The position numbers were made by a program, and so were the translations under genes. A stretch of 63,518 nt of DNA, the filler included, from Octopus bimaculoides (lineage: Eukaryota): assembly GCF_001194135.2 (NCBI RefSeq). It is 6 parts of 6 records of this genome, joined end to end, with 100 filler letters (N's around TTAATTAATTAA, not from the genome) between each part and the next. Parts side by side here need not be neighbours in the genome. Positions count along the whole stretch, not along the records: positions 52,065 to 62,249 come from NC_068984.1; positions 62,350 to 63,518 come from NW_026325231.1; 4 more parts are not named here. One strand, written 5' to 3'. A model generated the notes under the pieces. The model did no database searches, was not told the DNA's origin, and worked only from the letters and a program-made list of their open reading frames with translations. Of the stretch, positions 61,706 through 63,518 are shown piece by piece; positions within the stretch are counted from its first letter, which is position 1; each line of letters begins with the position of its first letter.

Positions 61706-62228
61706 GATCTTGTTCAAAACGGGGGCACCAGTTTTCATTTATGTTTTATGTAGTGTTTTTGGTACCGAAAGACTTTCAAACTTCGTATACTTATCTATTT
61801 TGTGTTATAGAACAGAAAAAAAATTTTGTATTCGAATTAATTTCATGTAAAAAATTGTCTTATTTCGATAATTTCAACCAATCACTGACAAGTATTCAGC
61901 TGTTTACACTTACTCATTTGGCAGTTTAAGCGGTGTAAAGCGTATTTAATCTCCATTACTTCTGACATTTTGCAGAGGCAACACACGTGTGTTCGTTTTC
62001 GCTAACTCTAACCCTAACCCTAATTGACTTGCTCCTTCCCTCAAAAACCATGCCTTGTGCCAATATGCTTCAGCCATTTTTTGACAATGAAATCATTTTA
62101 TCACCACCGAGAAACGTTTGTTTACGTAGTCAGCACTTAATTTTTACGGCTGAATGGACGTCAGTCATTGGTTGAAATTACAGAAATACGACAACTTTAA
62201 CATAAATAACTTGCGATGTACGTTTTTT
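61706..62228. mobile_element. Second copy of the same element, opposite orientation, truncated by a gap
   Basis: Near-identical to the reverse complement of 27560-27020 on both arms, but the centre has only ctaactctaaccctaaccctaa plus about 100 bp of other sequence. Confidence 0.85.
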
Positions 62229-62534
62229 TTGTTAAGAAGACTAAGAGAANNNNNNNNNNNNNNNNNNNNNNNNNNNNNNNNNNNNNNNNNNNNTTAATTA
62301 ATTAANNNNNNNNNNNNNNNNNNNNNNNNNNNNNNNNNNNNNNNNNNNNAAAAATGAAAGTAAACAATGCATCGACTGGAATCAAACCCAAACCACCCAC
62401 ATGGCAGGCGAGCATTCTACCACTGAACCATCAATGCTTCATTTTTACCACTTTTTCTCAATTAATCGTTATAGAGAATTTTACAATAATTTATTTTGTC
62501 TTAAAGTCGTCATTTAAATATGTTAATGTTACAG

Positions 62535-63107
62535 GAACCAAGACAAACATGGAAAAGGTGTCTTCACTTGATTTACCTGAATATGAGAACCAAGACAAAG
62601 GAGCAGAAAAGAATTTTGATATAAAAACTGAAAATAACGACAGTTCATTTCATGAAAATCTATTAAACCTGTTGCAGGAAACCAATAACTTATTGTTTTA
62701 CCCAAACTTTGATGGCATAAGCAATGTCAGTAATTGTACATCACAGGAAAATAATGATTCCANNNNNNNNNNNNNNNNNNNNNNNNNNNGTCAAAAAGAC
62801 CTACCAGAAATAAACAGCAAAAATATTGTTACTGATATTAAAATGGAGGGTCAAATGGAAATCAAGTCTGAATTAAATGATGTTATAAAACCCAGTTATG
62901 GAAATCTATTGGCTATAAATGAAGGTGGAAATTCTTTCCATGTATCATCTTTTGAGGACTTTATTCCATCTATTGAATCTGAACTAAATAATTGTGATCA
63001 ATCCAGAAACTGTTCTCCTTCAAGCTCCTGTCCACTTCAGATATCAAACTATAAAATAAACTCTCCAGATTCTCCACTTCCAGAAGACAATCACTCTTGC
63101 ACTGATG
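62535..63107 (+). CDS. Unassigned acidic, Ser/Pro-rich coding exon of about 190 aa; contains a 27-N gap
   Basis: Acceptor aatgttacag|GA and donor GATG|gtaaga; long open frame GTKTNMEKVSSLDLPEYE...SPDSPLPEDNHSCTD in AT-rich DNA; phase 1-1; contains IKTE, IKME and IKSE motifs. Confidence 0.7.
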
Positions 63108-63221
63108 GTAAGAATTACTTTTATATATTGATTATTTTAAATAAGTCAGAAAGCCATGACCCTATTGAAAAGATTTTGTTACATTACTGGTTCTCTATTT
63201 TGTTACTTATGACATGCAAGC

Positions 63222-63435
63222 TCAGGACTTCCCTGCCAGGCATCGCAGCACCAACAGAGGTGCTACCTCCAATGGATAGAAAGGGATCACTGGAGCATGA
63301 AGAAAATTTGAGCTGTGCAAGTCCAGAGCCAACATCTTACCTTTGCTCCCAGTAGACCACCAGTGTCTGACCTGCCACAGAGCGTTCTGAACATGCATCA
63401 GACTGATTGACCACAGCCAGACACATTGTGATCCT
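63222..63435 (+). mobile_element. RTE-BovB-like LINE 3' end
   Basis: QDFPARHRSTNRGATSNG*KGITGA*RKFELCKSRAN...HQCLTCHRAF*TCIRLIDHSQTH; this explains the C-terminal part of ORF 62354-63355. Confidence 0.75.
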
Positions 63436-63518
63436 TCTTCTCTGATGTGATGTCTTTGGTCATCATTGACAATGATAGATGAACATTATTATTAATTTTG
63501 AAACAGAAAGAGTAAAGG

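Noticed and set aside
63108-63355. C-terminal part of ORF 62354-63355 as coding sequence
   Set aside because: It lies after a strong GT donor and overlaps an RTE remnant read in another frame; likely intronic read-through.

Overview
AT-rich, repeat-dense animal genomic DNA from a gapped draft scaffold. The SINE, LINE and MITE families, the microsatellite load and the TTAATTAATTAA gap linkers point to a coleoid cephalopod (Octopus-like); this is inferred, not proven. Nearly all ORFs in the supplied track are microsatellite or N-run artefacts. The genes I can support were found by splice-aware reading. (1) A minus-strand polycystin-1-family (PKD1-like) gene has 4 frame-consistent exons covering the PLAT/LH2 domain and the following TM region (10036-9866, 7140-6980, 5449-4726, 1519-1399), plus a weaker fifth exon. 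(2) The 5' end of a plus-strand DDX24/MAK5-like DEAD-box helicase gene has three exons (43047-43187, 44515-44596, 45130-45168) that the ORF track does not recover in the coding frame. (3) An acidic Ser/Pro-rich plus-strand exon lies at 62535-63107. (4) A short minus-strand first-coding-exon candidate lies at 34326-34242. The rest is three tRNA-derived SINE families, R4/Dong-like and RTE LINE remnants, Tc1/mariner remnants, MITEs and simple repeats. The most unusual non-coding items are: a 623-bp nested fold-back transposon with 37-bp TIRs, an 8-bp TSD and a central (CCCTAA)n/(TTAGGG)n palindrome (26938-27560); a minimal hammerhead-ribozyme motif in a Penelope-like remnant (32457-32502, minus); and an 86-nt pre-miRNA-like hairpin (13947-14032). 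I found no prokaryote-type system (CRISPR, operon).
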